Assembly (NCBI GenBank): GCA_951406725.2
Contig: OX597820.1
Location: 40,238,001 to 40,302,000 of the forward strand
Source: Octopus vulgaris
Lineage: Eukaryota
Length of the DNA: 64,000 nucleotides
Reading direction: 5' to 3'
Within the stretch, counting starts at the first letter, position 1. The number at the start of each line of letters is the position of its first letter. Position numbers and translations under genes: made by a program. Below are positions 41,615-55,406 of this stretch, one piece after another. The notes under the pieces were generated by a model that worked only from the letters and a program-made list of their open reading frames with translations, made no database searches and had not been told where the DNA came from.

Positions 41615-41740
41615 CTGTTTCCGTCTAACTGTATTTCACTCACAAAGCATTGTTCAGCTTCAAACTATTGTTAAAGATGCATTTCCACTGCGCCATCCAG
41701 AGAGACAGAAGATGAAACCATGCGTTCGCTAAGTGAACAT
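41615..41740 (-). mobile_element. Old family A-like SINE fragment
   Basis: GTTTCCGTCTA..CACTCACAAAGCATTG..GAAACCATG resembles the 5' half of family A. Confidence 0.5.
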
Positions 41741-42741
41741 ACTCCTTCAGATATTCCTACGATAGAGGAGATTTTTTTGAATGCCTTTGTACAATTGTGA
41801 CTATGTCATTTAATGTACAAAAGTGTCACAAATATAACATAGTGAGTTGATAAACTTGACTAAGATTGTTTATGTATTTAGTAGATAATCGGCTAACTGA
41901 AAATTGTGGAAAATATAGACAGTATAGATGATAGTAGCTCTTTTTCATAAAGCCAGATGTTAAAAGTAATGGATATCTTTCGGTCTTATTAAACTTCCTC
42001 AGGAAAACATTTCCTACTATGTTGGTAAAATGTCGAAGTGTATAGCGCATATAAAGTTAGAGGAAGTGTAAAAATGATAATTATAAATGTTTATGCGGTG
42101 AAGTTTGAGATTAATTGACACGACGTTTTTCTCTGAAAAGAAGAAAAATAATTTAACAGCCGAACAGCTCTTGCCCTAGCTGCTTCAAATAGGATTTTAA
42201 TGGATCCAATGAAGGAGCAGAGAGCAAATGAATGAATGTTAAATGAATGACGAACCAGATAAGCGACGATGATGGGACGAGGTGACAAAAGAACTTATAC
42301 GTTTTTCCACTTAGTTATTGTAATGCGCACCTAAATCTCTTTCAAATCACATTTTGCATTATTGAATAGTCTTTGATCATAGGATACCCCAGTCGGTGAC
42401 TGCTTGAGGTATCGACGATAATAATCTAAATGTGTCACGAACCACACCCTTCCTACAGCAAAAAATGAAAAATATTTTAAAGCAAATGTCGCAATCACCG
42501 AGCGGCTGATCAGTACAGCGTGGCCAATCATTTAGAACCGAGTGGTACAGAAACAATAAATTTCTATTGTACAACTTATCGCTCGAGAGAAAGAGAAAGA
42601 CGGTGGCAGATAGATATATAAATACATACATATTATGTTATATAGCAATATAGTAGTAGCAGTAGTAGTAGTAGTAGTAGTAGTGTTAAGAGGAGGGAGA
42701 GGAAGAGTTACGTATCTCTTGCTTCAAGAATGGAGATTATT

Positions 42742-42964
42742 CTGTTTTTTTTTTTATTCTAGGCACAAGGACCGAAATTTTTGGAGAGTGGGGCCAGTTG
42801 ATAAGATTAACCCCAGTACGCAACTAGTACTTAATTTATCGACCCCCGAAAGGATGAAAGGCAAAGTTGACCTCGGTGGAATTTGAACTCAGAACGTAAA
42901 GACAGACGAAATAACTCTAAGCATTTCGTGTGGCGTTCTAACGATTCTGCCAGCTCGCCGCCTT
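42742..42964 (-). mobile_element. SINE family B
   Basis: Family motif on the minus strand; 16-bp TSD AAGAATGG(A/G)GATTATT at 42726-42741 and 42965-42980. Confidence 0.9.
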
Positions 42965-43059
42965 AAGAATGGGGATTATTACAAGAGGTGTGAAGAAGAA
43001 AGTCGAGTGTATTAAATGGTTCTGTGAAGAGACGTTCTTTATTGTGTTTTGTGATGCGC

Positions 43060-43134
43060 GTGATCCACAAATCCGTCGAAAATTTGTCCTGCACAAAACC
43101 GGTACGCGGTGCGAAAAAGATTGAAGACTATTGG
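43060..43134. mobile_element. hAT-like terminal fragment
   Basis: AAAACCGGTACGCGGTGCGAAAAAGATTGAAGACTATTG resembles hAT/Charlie ends (AAACCGGTCCCTGGTGCCAAAAAGGTTGGGGACCACTG). Confidence 0.5.
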
Positions 43135-43909
43135 TATGTATGTTGTAGTTCGTGATATAACATGACTAAAGGGAAAATAGCATGGTTATGGCTTGGTGTA
43201 CTTCTACAATATGTCTGCAGGATGAAGGCTAACCGGAAGCGACATATCAAGAGCACTTCATTAGACAGCAACATTCATTAGATTTTGTACTTTACCAGTC
43301 AGCTCTAAACAAGCTTTTATTTCTCTTTGTCATAGTAAACATGACTTGTTTAGTGTGTTTTTCTTAAACTATTTCAATATAAACAAACTTAACAACATTG
43401 CAGATCAAACGATGACAGAAATATTTTTAAAGCATTTACTTCATATGTAATAATTAATTATATAGCAAATTGTAATGGAAAATATGTTTTTTTACGTCGT
43501 CACACATTTAAATATTCGAATATGTCAGAAAGTATTCGAATATGTCAGAAATTTGTGAAGAGTATATTCGAATATTAATTAAAGCTGACTGAAAATTTCT
43601 CTTCGACTACACTGCTGTGTGTATCAATCAAATCTTCTCAAGACAGTAAAGCTACTGAATTTTACTATCGCTCGTGAATTTTTCTGCCGATCATACATAA
43701 CATAAACTGCATACACGAGCCAACGAGGATATCATTGCGTTGTGGTTGGACCTGTGAGATATAGAAGGGGAAAGACAGAGTGGAAAATGTAGTCGCTGAT
43801 TTACAAACACATAGATGTTCAAGGCTGCTTGAAACACTGTTGTTATCATTGCCAACGATAGCAACATGCAGCAAAGAAGTTAACAACAATTATATGAGCA
43901 AGAAATAAA

Positions 43910-43942
<33 letters not shown>

Positions 43943-44224
43943 TTAAAATGTTCCCAACCACTTCATGACAAAATAGTTTAATTGGAAATATTGACGATTT
44001 TCTGCGTTATGAGATACTTTCACTAGGTAGAAACTTGCCAGACAAAACTAGACAGTATACTTGCTATACTCTCAGACAGGGCTGGCCTTAAGAGGTGCAA
44101 GGCCCCATTGGGAATAATTTTGTTGGGCCCCAGGTTCTCAGTCAGCTTGCACCAAGTCTATAGAATCATAAAAATACAAAAATGTCTATTGTGCCATACC
44201 ATGACAAATCAGTCGAGTGCCAGA

Positions 44225-44302
44225 CATAGCCCCTGGCTTGTTGGCCCTTGTCAAACCGTCCAACCCATGCCAGCATGGTAAACGGTCGTTAAATGATGAT
44301 GA
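44225..44302 (+). mobile_element. SINE/LINE 3' tail fragment
   Basis: GTCAAACCGTCCAACCCATGCCAGCATGG..CGTTAAATGATGATGA; recognised from memory as a retroposon 3' end. Confidence 0.5.
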
Positions 44303-44334
44303 GGATATGCATATATATATTCATACAAGTATTA

Positions 44335-44375
<41 letters not shown>

Positions 44376-45501
44376 TAACTTTCGGAAACATGGATAATTT
44401 GTTTAAAAATTTTTTTACATATACGTCTCAGATGGTCTAGATTACGATTATATCGGAATTTGTCGAGTAAAGCATATTTCTCTCTTTTTCATATGAACTC
44501 AAAGGTAGCCAGTACTCAACGTGGCTGTTTATTATGCTAGAAATAGCAGTTATTAGGCATAAAAAACAACCACTATTCTGATCTAATACACCGCAAAGGG
44601 GAAAAATGTTCTTTGCAGTATACAAAGAGCCGAGATTAGTTCATAGCATACGAAAGAAAAAATTTTCGGTAGAAATAAGTCATTTACGGTAAATTTAGGA
44701 GATGAGATGCGTTGATAGCACAAGAAAAAGAAAAAAGAGGAAGAAGCATTATTTCTCACCGAAAAGTTGGCTATTAAATTATAAATCTAAACTACATCTA
44801 AAGTAAGTCTTTTAAAAAATATTCTGGCAAAAATTGGAAAGAAATTTAACAAAATCCCCAAGAAACTTTTATTTGTTGCATATTGTTACGCTAAAAAAGA
44901 TATACATAGAATGCAAATTAATAATAATTATTTATTAGAATTTTTCGGAAGCTGGTTATATACTTACTGATTCCGTTGTTTTTTTTTTCTATAAGCTCTG
45001 TCGTAAGACACAGTCCTATCTGTGCGGCACGAACTTTGTTTCTTAGTTATATGTTTCTGGATTAAGCAACAGTGTGTGACACCAAATGTCTCCTGTGTGC
45101 TTGTGTGTGTATGGTTGTGCTTGTCCAAATCTTGAATAGGCGCCATTGCAATAGAGATTTTCTCTTTTGTACAAGAGACAAAACTTTTTATCTCACTTCC
45201 CCCATCTTTCTCTCTCCCACTATGCATAGACACATATACACGCGCACGCTTATGTGTATGTATACAATTCCCCACAAAATAACAATACATATACATACGA
45301 TCATAAACATATATACAAAACCCTCAACCAAAACGACTATCTGAAATAATTGAACTTTTAACCTTTAACCATTGTAGCCAAAATACTGAGAACTGAATTC
45401 TTTTATACATACACAGTCATTAGCCTTTTGCTTTTGTCATTTAAATTTTTTTTTTGCTTTCTTTAATACATGCTTATATACATGCATGCATACATATATA
45501 C

Positions 45502-45553
<52 letters not shown>

Positions 45554-45603
45554 CAGAATACACTTTATTGGAATAAAAATGTTCTCCCTAAATTAAACAT
45601 ATA

Positions 45604-45679
<76 letters not shown>

Positions 45680-45680
45680 C

Positions 45681-46103
45681 TATTGTGTCTGGGGAGAGTC
45701 ATTTTCTTATTGTGCCTTATAATTTAACACACTCACTCCTTTCTTATTTTTATTTTACTAAAATGTTCGTTACGTCTTGCAACATTTTCTTGAAAAGTTT
45801 GCCAGACGAAACGAATATTTTAGGGAAAATAAAGATAAGAAATAAGCGGAATTTTTAACGGTTAGTATGTTAAATTATAAGGCACAATCAGAAAATGACT
45901 CTCCCCAGACACAACAGAATATGCTTTAACGCACGAGCTCACAATATATATATATATTGTTTTGGGATTTGGTTTGCAGGATTCTTTTTGTGAGCTCGTG
46001 CGTTAAAGCATATTCTGTTGTGTCTGGGGAGAGTCATTTTCTGATTGTGCCTTATAATTTAACATACTAACCGTTAAAAATTCCGCTTATTTCTTATTTT
46101 CTT
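45681..46103. mobile_element. Three-arm foldback cluster around a short (TA)n
   Basis: Perfect 110-bp inverted repeat 45835-45944 / 45988-46097, plus a more diverged third arm at 45681-45789. Confidence 0.85.
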
Positions 46104-46950
46104 ATATATATATAATACACTTTATTGAAATAAAGAAGTTTCCCGAAAACTAAACATATTTATGGTCACTGGCACACACACACACACATATATATACATA
46201 CTCTCACACACAAATATTTTACCCAAACATCCCATAAACAATTACTCTCCAGTAGTTTTCTGTAGTTAACTAAAAGCTAATCCCACCGACGGCATTGCCC
46301 TGTCGATACAGGGTTATGCAATTCTCATGACATTTGAGAGATCAAGCATCCAATTTTGGTACTTTCTTGAACGAGGATGTTCAAGGAAAATCTGCAGTGG
46401 GGAGCCGTCTCCACAAGCGTCAGTGCATCGGATATTACAAATTAAGTAGGAATAATATTGCTGGAACTACCCCGCCTTTAGCAGCAAGGGCAGCATGAAG
46501 GGAAGCAATAACAGTAGCAGTAGCAACCGTAGCACTAGCTAGTTTAGTAGTAGTAGTAGTAGAAGGAGGAGGGGGAGGAGGAGACTTGTAGTAAAAGAAA
46601 GCTTCTAGATATAGTAACTTATAGCAGAAAAAGCTTCTAGCTGTCACACTTATCTTTTGTTTCTATTTTCGATTCCTCCGATGCATAGTGAATTTACACA
46701 TGCATTGCCAAATATGCCCCCACCCATTCTAAGAAAATATGTGAGGATTTAAGTCTCATACATCGCATAGATGGGCCAAAATCAGTTCCTGTAACTTGAG
46801 TAGCGTTCTGGTACAACTTACCACTGTTGTCATCAAACCTCAGTTCAGACATAACCGGTACAGCAATGATTAAATGCTGTTCATCAGTGAGCGTTCGATC
46901 TTCATTTATGGCGCATTCGAAAACGATACAGTGTGATTTAAGAAAATATA

Positions 46951-47367
46951 CTCTCTCTTTTACTCTTTTACTTGTTTCAGTCATTTGACTTCGGCCATGC
47001 TGGAGCACCGCCTTTAGTCGAGCAACTCGACCCCGGGACTTATTCTTTGTAAGCCCATTACTTATTCTATCGGTCTCTTTTGCCGAACCGCTAAGTGACG
47101 GGGACGTAAACACACCAGCATCGGTTGTCAAGCAATGCTAGGGGGACAAACACACACACACAAACACACACACATACACATATATACATATATACAGATA
47201 TATACAACAGGCTTGTTTCCGTTTCCGTCTACCAAATCCACTCACAAGGCATTGGTCGGCCCGGAGCTATAGCAGAAGACACTTGTCCAAGATGCCACGC
47301 AGTGGGACTGAACCCGGAACCATGTGGTTGGTTAGCAAGCTACTTACCACACAGCCACTCCTGCGCC
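46951..47367 (-). mobile_element. SINE family A
   Basis: Full-length copy similar to 8131-8556. Confidence 0.9.
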
Positions 47368-47506
47368 TATATGGCTGCTATTTCTTGTACATCGAATGAC
47401 CATTTGCAGCTCTCTTGTTTAGTGTAGGTGGTAAGGCATATGTAAGTGAAGACGAAATGTTTGGGTTCCATTTGTAATACTAGCGATGTTTCTTCACCAT
47501 GTTTCT

Positions 47507-47623
<117 letters not shown>

Positions 47624-47731
47624 CTAACTAACTAACTATTATCTATTTATCTTCCTATCTGTCTGCCTATCTATCTATCTATTACTCCATCTCTCTCTCT
47701 CTCTCTGTATATATTATGTAAACGCACACAG

Positions 47732-47762
<31 letters not shown>

Positions 47763-48160
47763 CTCACACACTTATACATACATATATATGTATGCATTTA
47801 TGTATTTTTACATGTATGCTTGAGTGTATGTATGCATGTATTTGAGATGGGAACGGCTAAATAATGACAAAGATGCAGATAAAGGAGCAGGGGAATAGAT
47901 AGATAGATAGACAGACAGAGATTATGAGAAAGAGAGTGACTGAAATATAAACTCATATGGCATGTGCGTGTGTGCATGCGTGTACACACACATACACACA
48001 CATATATGCATACACTCATGCACAGACAGTCACACACACATTGACACAAACGTACACACATACACAGCTTCACACGCGAGCACACAAACATGGTAATACA
48101 CGTATATATAAATTTGCGTAAAGTCCTACATGTTAGAGTATAGGTTGATATGTGCATTCA

Positions 48161-48191
<31 letters not shown>

Positions 48192-48539
48192 TCATGCCTG
48201 CGTATTCCTGTGTATTGTCGTTTGAATGCACATGAATGTGTACTTCTTCATTTAAAACCATTTAGCGTTTCTACCAGCACAAAATCCAATAACTTTACCG
48301 AGATCTTTATTTCTTCTACCTATCGTCCCACGTGGTTTTTATACAGTTTTGCGACTGACAACCAATTAATTCAGTCTGTCTGCCTATCAAACACTTCAAG
48401 TGAGGCGAAATCACTGCCAAAGAATATACGAGATATTCGCTAATGACTGAAACAATTTGGTGGTTGTGGAGGAAATGATAATCATTTAAGTAAGTTTCAT
48501 AGGATTTAAATTGGTCTTTGTAGAAATGCAAAAGCCGAG

Positions 48540-48680
48540 AGCATAAGGTGTCAAGCATTTGACTCACGGGTCACAAGTTCGTATAACTCACGTCACTGCT
48601 GAAGATCTGCTGTGTCCTTTGGCAAAGCGCTTAGCTGCACCTGACTTAATCAATCTAACTGGAAATTAATAGTACTAGAG
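48540..48680 (+). mobile_element. Degenerate CORE-type SINE
   Basis: AAGTTCG B-box-like sequence then TGTGTCCTTTGGCAAAGCGCTT. Confidence 0.5.
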
Positions 48681-51600
48681 GGATGAACCTTAGTGAATGA
48701 CGCTGTATTGACTAGATATTATCTGCCGGTTGCCTGAGTTAATGTGTATTCAAATTCTTTTCTAGTCGTTTCATTACTTTTGTTTGTTTTTTCTTTCTAG
48801 AATTGTACACGTAATTGTGCATGCTTCACTTCGCTTAAAGTGTGTAAGTGGTGGATGTGACGATATCTTTGGGTAAACTTTTCAATCTCCAGACAATAAA
48901 TATTCCCTTATGCAGACTTTCGGCCTGTTAGAAATAGTTACTAAATATCCTTCAATTCATATCCTACTATCTTGAGAATAAATGAAAACAATGGATAATA
49001 TAGGTCTAGATTAGGAATATTCGAAGGAAAGACTTCATGATCATGGTTGAAAAGTATTTGACCAGACGCTATATTTTGTAAGTGAGACATTCTACTGACC
49101 TAGATATAAATGGACGAGCGAAAGTTTCTTTTGTATATTTAGCTAATTTAGAAACTAAGATATAATAGGGATTCTGTGGAATTTTGTGCTACAAGTTTTA
49201 GATATATATGAATTTGATTCGATAAAAGCATAAAGACATTTCCCATTAGATGAAACCGAAAATCAAAGATGATTGTCAAAGCAGAGAATAATAAATTAAA
49301 AGAAAAAAATGAAATTTTTTAAAAGAAACTTGAAAAACTGCTTAACATTTCTGACATTTTTGGTGATGGAGATGTCTGAGGCTATTAAGTGTAAAATTTA
49401 ATGTATTAGAGAATTTAATTTTATCTGTCGAGTTTCTAAATTGAAAACCACTAGGTCTATTTTTGCTGTTCATTTATTTTCAGTGGATGCTAAGATGACT
49501 AATAAAATATTAGATTCTAAGTATGGAATGCATCAAACGTGATAAATGAATCAAAGTTGAAGTATTTGGATGCACCTTTCACTATTTTGTCTAACGCTCT
49601 CCTTTGCCATGTATATAGATGTAAAGTGTAACTACAATACATATATATGTCAAAGGCTGCATTCAAAAGATATTACGACAAGCCAATATTTAGCTTATGA
49701 AAGACAGAAATTCATAATGTAAAACATCTTGACGAAAGTAGTGCTGAAACGTAATATTCAGTCTTCTTTAACAGCAATGAACTATTAAATCGTAAATGTA
49801 GCAAAATAATTTACAGTACTGGTATAACTCAATTCGGAAATAGAATCCGATGCTCAAATAACAAATTAAAACTTTCAGGTCTTTGATATTTATCTTTGTC
49901 CATAAGTAGGAGCGTTGCACATGGCAGATCACAATGAAATAATATCAATACTTCAATACGTTTGTTACTCAGTTAGACTTCTTATTTCAAATAATAATGT
50001 AAGTACTCACCAATTACAGCGAAATATTTGTCAGTAGTAGGATACAAGAAATCACTTATAGAAAAAGTACAAGAGTAAAACAGGAATAAAGTCCATCTTG
50101 TGATATTGTTGCAGCTAGCGTTATATCTATAACACCAATCTCAACAGGAAATAGGCTTGTATATAACGATATACGTATTGTTTTGTATCCATGTCAATAT
50201 TTTAAGCAGTGATAGCCGCTTTAAAAATGAATGGAAGAAGTGGTATACTTCATTATCACTAAAAAGCATCACACATTTTCTGCGATAAGCTAACTGCCCA
50301 ATGATATTTTCCTGTTTCTTTTCCAAAGGTGTTACTTTAAGCCAAAGAAGAAGGAGGACAATATGAAGATCGTGTGTTATTTTATGTTCTTCAACGCAAA
50401 AACCAAGGAAATTGATACAATTGATACTTCTTTACATCAAAAATGCATTTTCTTCTTACTACTAGCTCAAGTTGATATCTATTATACGTGATAGAAATAG
50501 GTTTATTTATTTTTTTGGTGAAGACCTTGAATAGGGTTGTCACATACAATAATGCCATTTTAGTAGCCGCAGATAGATATAATGTTATTCGGCGAGATTA
50601 TTTGAGTCAGCAAATATGCCACAACATTTGCGATAACAATTGAAAGTCTTATACACTAATATAATTGATGTATCGCTTGATAAAAAAAGCGGATGCAAAG
50701 CAATATTATCCAAGGAAGGCAGAATGCTTTAGTTATTGAATCAGTCAGAGGCAGCGCTGTGCTAACATGAACCCAGCATAACTCCAGCTTGACAGGGATA
50801 TTCGTAGTTGAACACTCAATATACTGAAAAGTTAGTTGACATTTGCAATCGTTGATCGGTTGAAATACTGAAATAGCGTTTGTTATCTTAGCTTTCTTGC
50901 GTGACATTTATCTTTTAAGGCCCTTCACCACAGTTAAGCTTTCCTGGCCCGAAAATTCTGCCTGTCACTGTGCTTCACTAATTTAATGATAAATGTAGAG
51001 ATTGTAACTCCAAGGTTTCTGTAGACGGCTGCAAATTCATAAGTCATGTGACACAGCAAATCGACATCCAGCTTAATTAAGAGTGATAACTTTCCTGTGT
51101 AGGATATTTTGGTTATTAAAGGAATTTAGAAACAAAAGGCATACGATTAAGAAAACTATCATAAAAGAAATAAAAGTAGAATATTAAGCAACCTTCAGTA
51201 AAGTTTCTTCTGATCAAAATAGAGGACAGCCCTTGTATGTCGTATGCGAACAATATTTTTAAAAGCAGAGACAGTATATTTGTTACCCTTCAAATTAGCA
51301 TTCACTTGTGTTTCATATAATGATTCATACAGAACAAAGATTACATCAACAACCTCTATATTGCATGAATCATCGCTTTCTTCTTACGACGTCTCTTACA
51401 TACAAACAGATATTATTGACAATGTTGATTTCCATAAGAGATATTTAACCTTTTCTCCGCCCTTTCTTCACTAAATCTATCGTAACATAGCTCTCAGCTA
51501 CTAAAATTAAGAAGTTTAATACAGTTATACCCAAAACCCACCAGCTTGTAGTCTAAGCAACTTCTGACGTATATTCATTTAGACCTTGATATTGTTTCTT

Positions 51601-51838
51601 CGACTTGTACCACAGCATACAATGTACACACCAAGATGTAGCTCAAAAACCAAATAATTATATAATTATAGAAGTGGGTATAATTACAAAAAAATAAAAT
51701 AATAAAACACTTTGGGTATAATTACAAAAAATAAAATAATAAAAACAGAGCATCTAGTCAAGATTATGAGAATGATTGTTTTATTTAAAGAGATAATAAA
51801 TTTTTGAAATTATACACTTGTATTGAGTAAAATTTCTG

Positions 51839-52611
51839 TCAGGTTATTAAGAATGAAACGTCCGATTTTGAACTGAAAGTTTATTTTAACTTATCTCAAG
51901 AAAAAGCAATGCAGTTAATCAAAGTATGCATCTAAATTATCAAAACAATTTTGTCATTTTATCAGTAGTTTATTTATGCCGGCCGCGTTGAATTGTGGAG
52001 AGCAAGAGGTGATGAAATCACGAAAGCCTGTTTTATGCATCTTCTTCAAATTTGAAGTTTTTCGTTGTAAAAAGTTGTCTAATGCCTAGAAAACGAGATA
52101 GACAGTTGATGCAACGTTTGTACAGCTTCTTTACCTTGCTGATTTGTTTTAGATGGTCCAATACAGTCGGAATCGAAACATTAAACTCATGCGTAGCTTG
52201 AGATGTAACCGCTTCCGCTCCAGTCAGTTTCCAGCTCATCACTATCCACCTTGGTCTCAAGTCTACTCCGAGGCTGTTTTCAAGAATAAAGTCACCAGAC
52301 CGGAACTTCTCAAACCATTGACATACAATGCGCTCATTCTCCACATCTTCACCAAACACCCCATTGATGTTTCGAGCTATCTAGGATGCATTGGTTCCAC
52401 GGCGGAACTCATATTCATAAACAACACGAATTTTTTTTATCTATCCATGGGTTCAAGAAAATTGATTTACAGACACCAGGAATTGCATTTCAAAAAATGA
52501 TTTAACTCTTCAATGTTGTAAAACAAAGAATTGCCAAGATAAAATATTAGAGTTAACGACTGTAAAACTTGGTGCATAAGAAAATCGGACATTTCATTCT
52601 TAATGACCTGA
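51839..52611 (-). mobile_element. Mariner transposon relic (internally deleted)
   Basis: TIRs TCAGGTTATTAAGAATGAAACGTCCGATTTT / AAAATCGGACATTTCATTCTTAATGACCTGA. ORF 52033-52359 FGEDVENERIVCQWFEKFRSGDF..NVSIPTVLDHLKQISKVKKL is the mariner HTH region. Confidence 0.9.
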
Positions 52612-52824
52612 TACAAATGATGTGTCTCGAAAACCCGTCTAGCTCATAATGCATAAGATTATTAACTCCTTACACGGAAAAATGAGGAAAGTATATGAAC
52701 AACTAGAACCACTATACAATCCATTACGCTAAAGTATCTTCCGGCTATTTTCTATCCAAATTAGTCAGCTAGTCTTAAAAGCGAAAAGTCAAGTTTGACT
52801 ACACTTAGGACGTAAGCGGAGAAT

Positions 52825-53220
52825 CATCAATAAATAGGCAGATAAATCTTTTTGTAATGTATGTATCTCAAATTCAAATCCAGCAATAAATAGAAATCAT
52901 AGTACATAGTGCTAAAAATTCATTTTGAAAGGTAACATAACCAACACTAATCGTTAGAATACATTGAGATACCTTCTGCCTTTTGTTCCAATATGAGGAA
53001 TTTTTATACATTATGCAGCGTTTAAATAAGATATGGTTGCGGATTTCCCGATGATTCTATTGTTATGTCCTAAATGCAAACAAACATCAATAAATAGGCA
53101 GATAAATCTTTTTGTAATGTATGTATCTCAAATTCAAATCCAGCAATAAATAGAAATCATAGTACAGTAGTGCTAAAAATTCATTTTGAAAGGTAACATA
53201 ACCAACACTAATCGTTAGAA
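52825..53220 (+). repeat. 135-bp direct repeat pair
   Basis: 52825-52959 and 53085-53220 differ by one visible indel; 125-bp spacer. Confidence 0.9.
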
Positions 53221-53674
53221 GATGGGAGATGGAGAAGTAGAGCAAAGAGGTGAAGCAAAAAAAAATAAATAAATAAAATTCGGCCAAGATAATGATAAGA
53301 TGTTTTTTTTTTTTGTTTTGTTTTTGTTTTTTCAACAGATCCAGACTTTATGTCGTTACTGCTCTGTAAGCTGGCTCGGGAGCAACAGATATTGTTGCTA
53401 CAAAAATTTTAATTAATTAAGATTTTGCGAACAGAATGCAGTATATCTCACATTAAATAATTTATCCAGATTTATTGTATTGATCCGTTCATTTGTCTTA
53501 GCGCATTCTACTTCTAAATAACACAAATTAAAATCACCAAAAGTGATTAAAATAGCTTTTAATGTATGTAAAATTATTTGTCAAAAGATTAGGCAGTCTT
53601 GGCTAGACTATATATTGCTCCTGGTTTATAAAAGACCAAGACGTTTATTGTTAACTCTATATACAAAGATGAAA

Positions 53675-54681
53675 GTTTACATCCCTTTAGCTTGCGTAAA
53701 TTAATCCTGCGAGAATAACTAACAATTACTCATAATTTATTAATATTTTCATGCCCTCCTTTGCAATTTTCCCGATAAATGTCGCTAAGTTTTTGTTTTC
53801 ATTCACCACGAGATGAGGAAATATTCTTTTCTACTCTAGGTACAAGACTCGAAATTTTGAGGGAGGCGAGGGGCCAGTCGATTCCACTGGTACTTAATTC
53901 ATCGACCCCGAAAGGATAAAAAGCAAGGTCGACCTCGGCGGAATTTGAACTTAGAACGTAACGGCAGACGAAATACCTATTTCTTTACTACCCACAAGGG
54001 GCTAAACAAAGAGGGGACAAACAAGGACAGACTAATGGATTAAGTCGATTACATCGACCCCAGTGCGTAACTGGCACTTAATTTATCGACCCCGAAAGGA
54101 TGAAAGGCAAAGTCGACCTCGGCGGAATTTGAACTCACAACGTAACGCAGACGAAATACCGCTAAGCATTTCGCCCCGCGCGATAATGTTTCTGCCAGTT
54201 CGCTGCCTTGAGATGAGGAAATATTTTAAAAAATCAGTTGTGTATGCTACTTAATCAATCACTGCGAAGCTTGTTTATCTAAATTCATGTCGTTGGCCTG
54301 TTTGAGTTACATCAGTTAGCTCATTATATGTATTTGTTTAATTATTTTTATTATTCTTATTCTTAATTTATTGTGGAAGTGAGACAACGAAGGAAGCTTT
54401 CCATGGTTACACGACCTTAAATAATAAATCATATCTTCATAGAAACTTCACATTTTTATGAGATCCAAGATACCCATGTTACAAGGGAGTAGTGATGACT
54501 GGAAGATATATCAATATAAGTTTTCTCAATAAAATCTGATAAGAGCTGAATAACAATAAAACTTCACTCATGAACATATAGATTATAGTAAGGCACTGCT
54601 AATCAGCCGGTCACTTCGAATTAAGAGTAATTATTATTTATTCTCGCAGGGTTAATTTAAGCAAGCTAAAGGGATGTAAAC
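53675..54681. repeat. 57-bp inverted repeats about 1 kb apart
   Basis: 53675-53731 versus 54625-54681, with several mismatches. Confidence 0.7.
53826..54209 (-). mobile_element. SINE family B, dimeric
   Basis: Two family motifs; perfect 16-bp TSD GAGATGAGGAAATATT at 53810-53825 and 54210-54225. Confidence 0.92.
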
Positions 54682-55039
54682 TAAGTCACAACCAAGTTCG
54701 TTTTAAACGCTCAGTTCCAATGTACCTCTAGAGATCTATGGTCATCTAACATTAACTAAATTCAGCGACAAATTATACCTAATTAACTACTATGCTGCAT
54801 TAAAAGTTCGGTAGGTTATCAACGATAGGTTTTTTTGAGCTGCTAATTGATATGAAGTTGGTCGTTCATCTTGCAAGTCACAAAAAAAGAAGTCTAATAA
54901 ATAGAGTATGCTTACATACATACATACATAACGAAAGAAAGAAAGAAAGAAAGAAACAAACAAACAAAGAGAATGCGTACAAACGAAGTTGACAATATTG
55001 AGACCGATAGGTCAAAAGAATATTAGTAGAATTTGAAAA

Positions 55040-55406
55040 TTAAAACACCCATCAAGTTAGTAACAACACGCCGGTAATCGTTGATTGGGACCACAAAGAA
55101 AAGGTATTTTTCTTTTATGGAAATCATCTGCCCGCTGGACATGAATGCTGTTAGCAAAATAAAAGAGAAAGTTGATATCTATGGACCATTGATAAAGAGT
55201 TTGCAAATCCAGTTGCCAAGATACACTTTCACGTCATACAGTACTGATTATTATTCATACAACAGGATACATACCCACCTGTCTGGAGCGAAGTATGGCT
55301 GAACTTGGAATGATAGAGATAGAATGCAAATCCTTAAGTCATAGGTTATGAATGATCATGATATATGGAACTATAGAAATCTGCTAGACCTTCTTAAGAT
55401 TTTGAA
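55040..55406 (+). mobile_element. R4/Dong-like LINE 3' fragment (restriction-like endonuclease)
   Basis: NNTPVIVDWDHKEKVFSFMEIICPLDMNAVSKIKEKVDIYGPLIKSLQ..GYIPTCLE..GTIEIC*TFLRF* matches the RPDIV..E..CP.D.N..KEK..Y REL pattern. Confidence 0.75.

Noticed and set aside
46850-46895. Minus-strand CUGAUGA followed by ACAGCA..UGCUGU hairpin
   Set aside because: No GAAA core after the stem.
51675-51747. 36-bp tandem duplication (similar ones near 7860 and 43512)
   Set aside because: Ordinary slippage duplication with no further structure.
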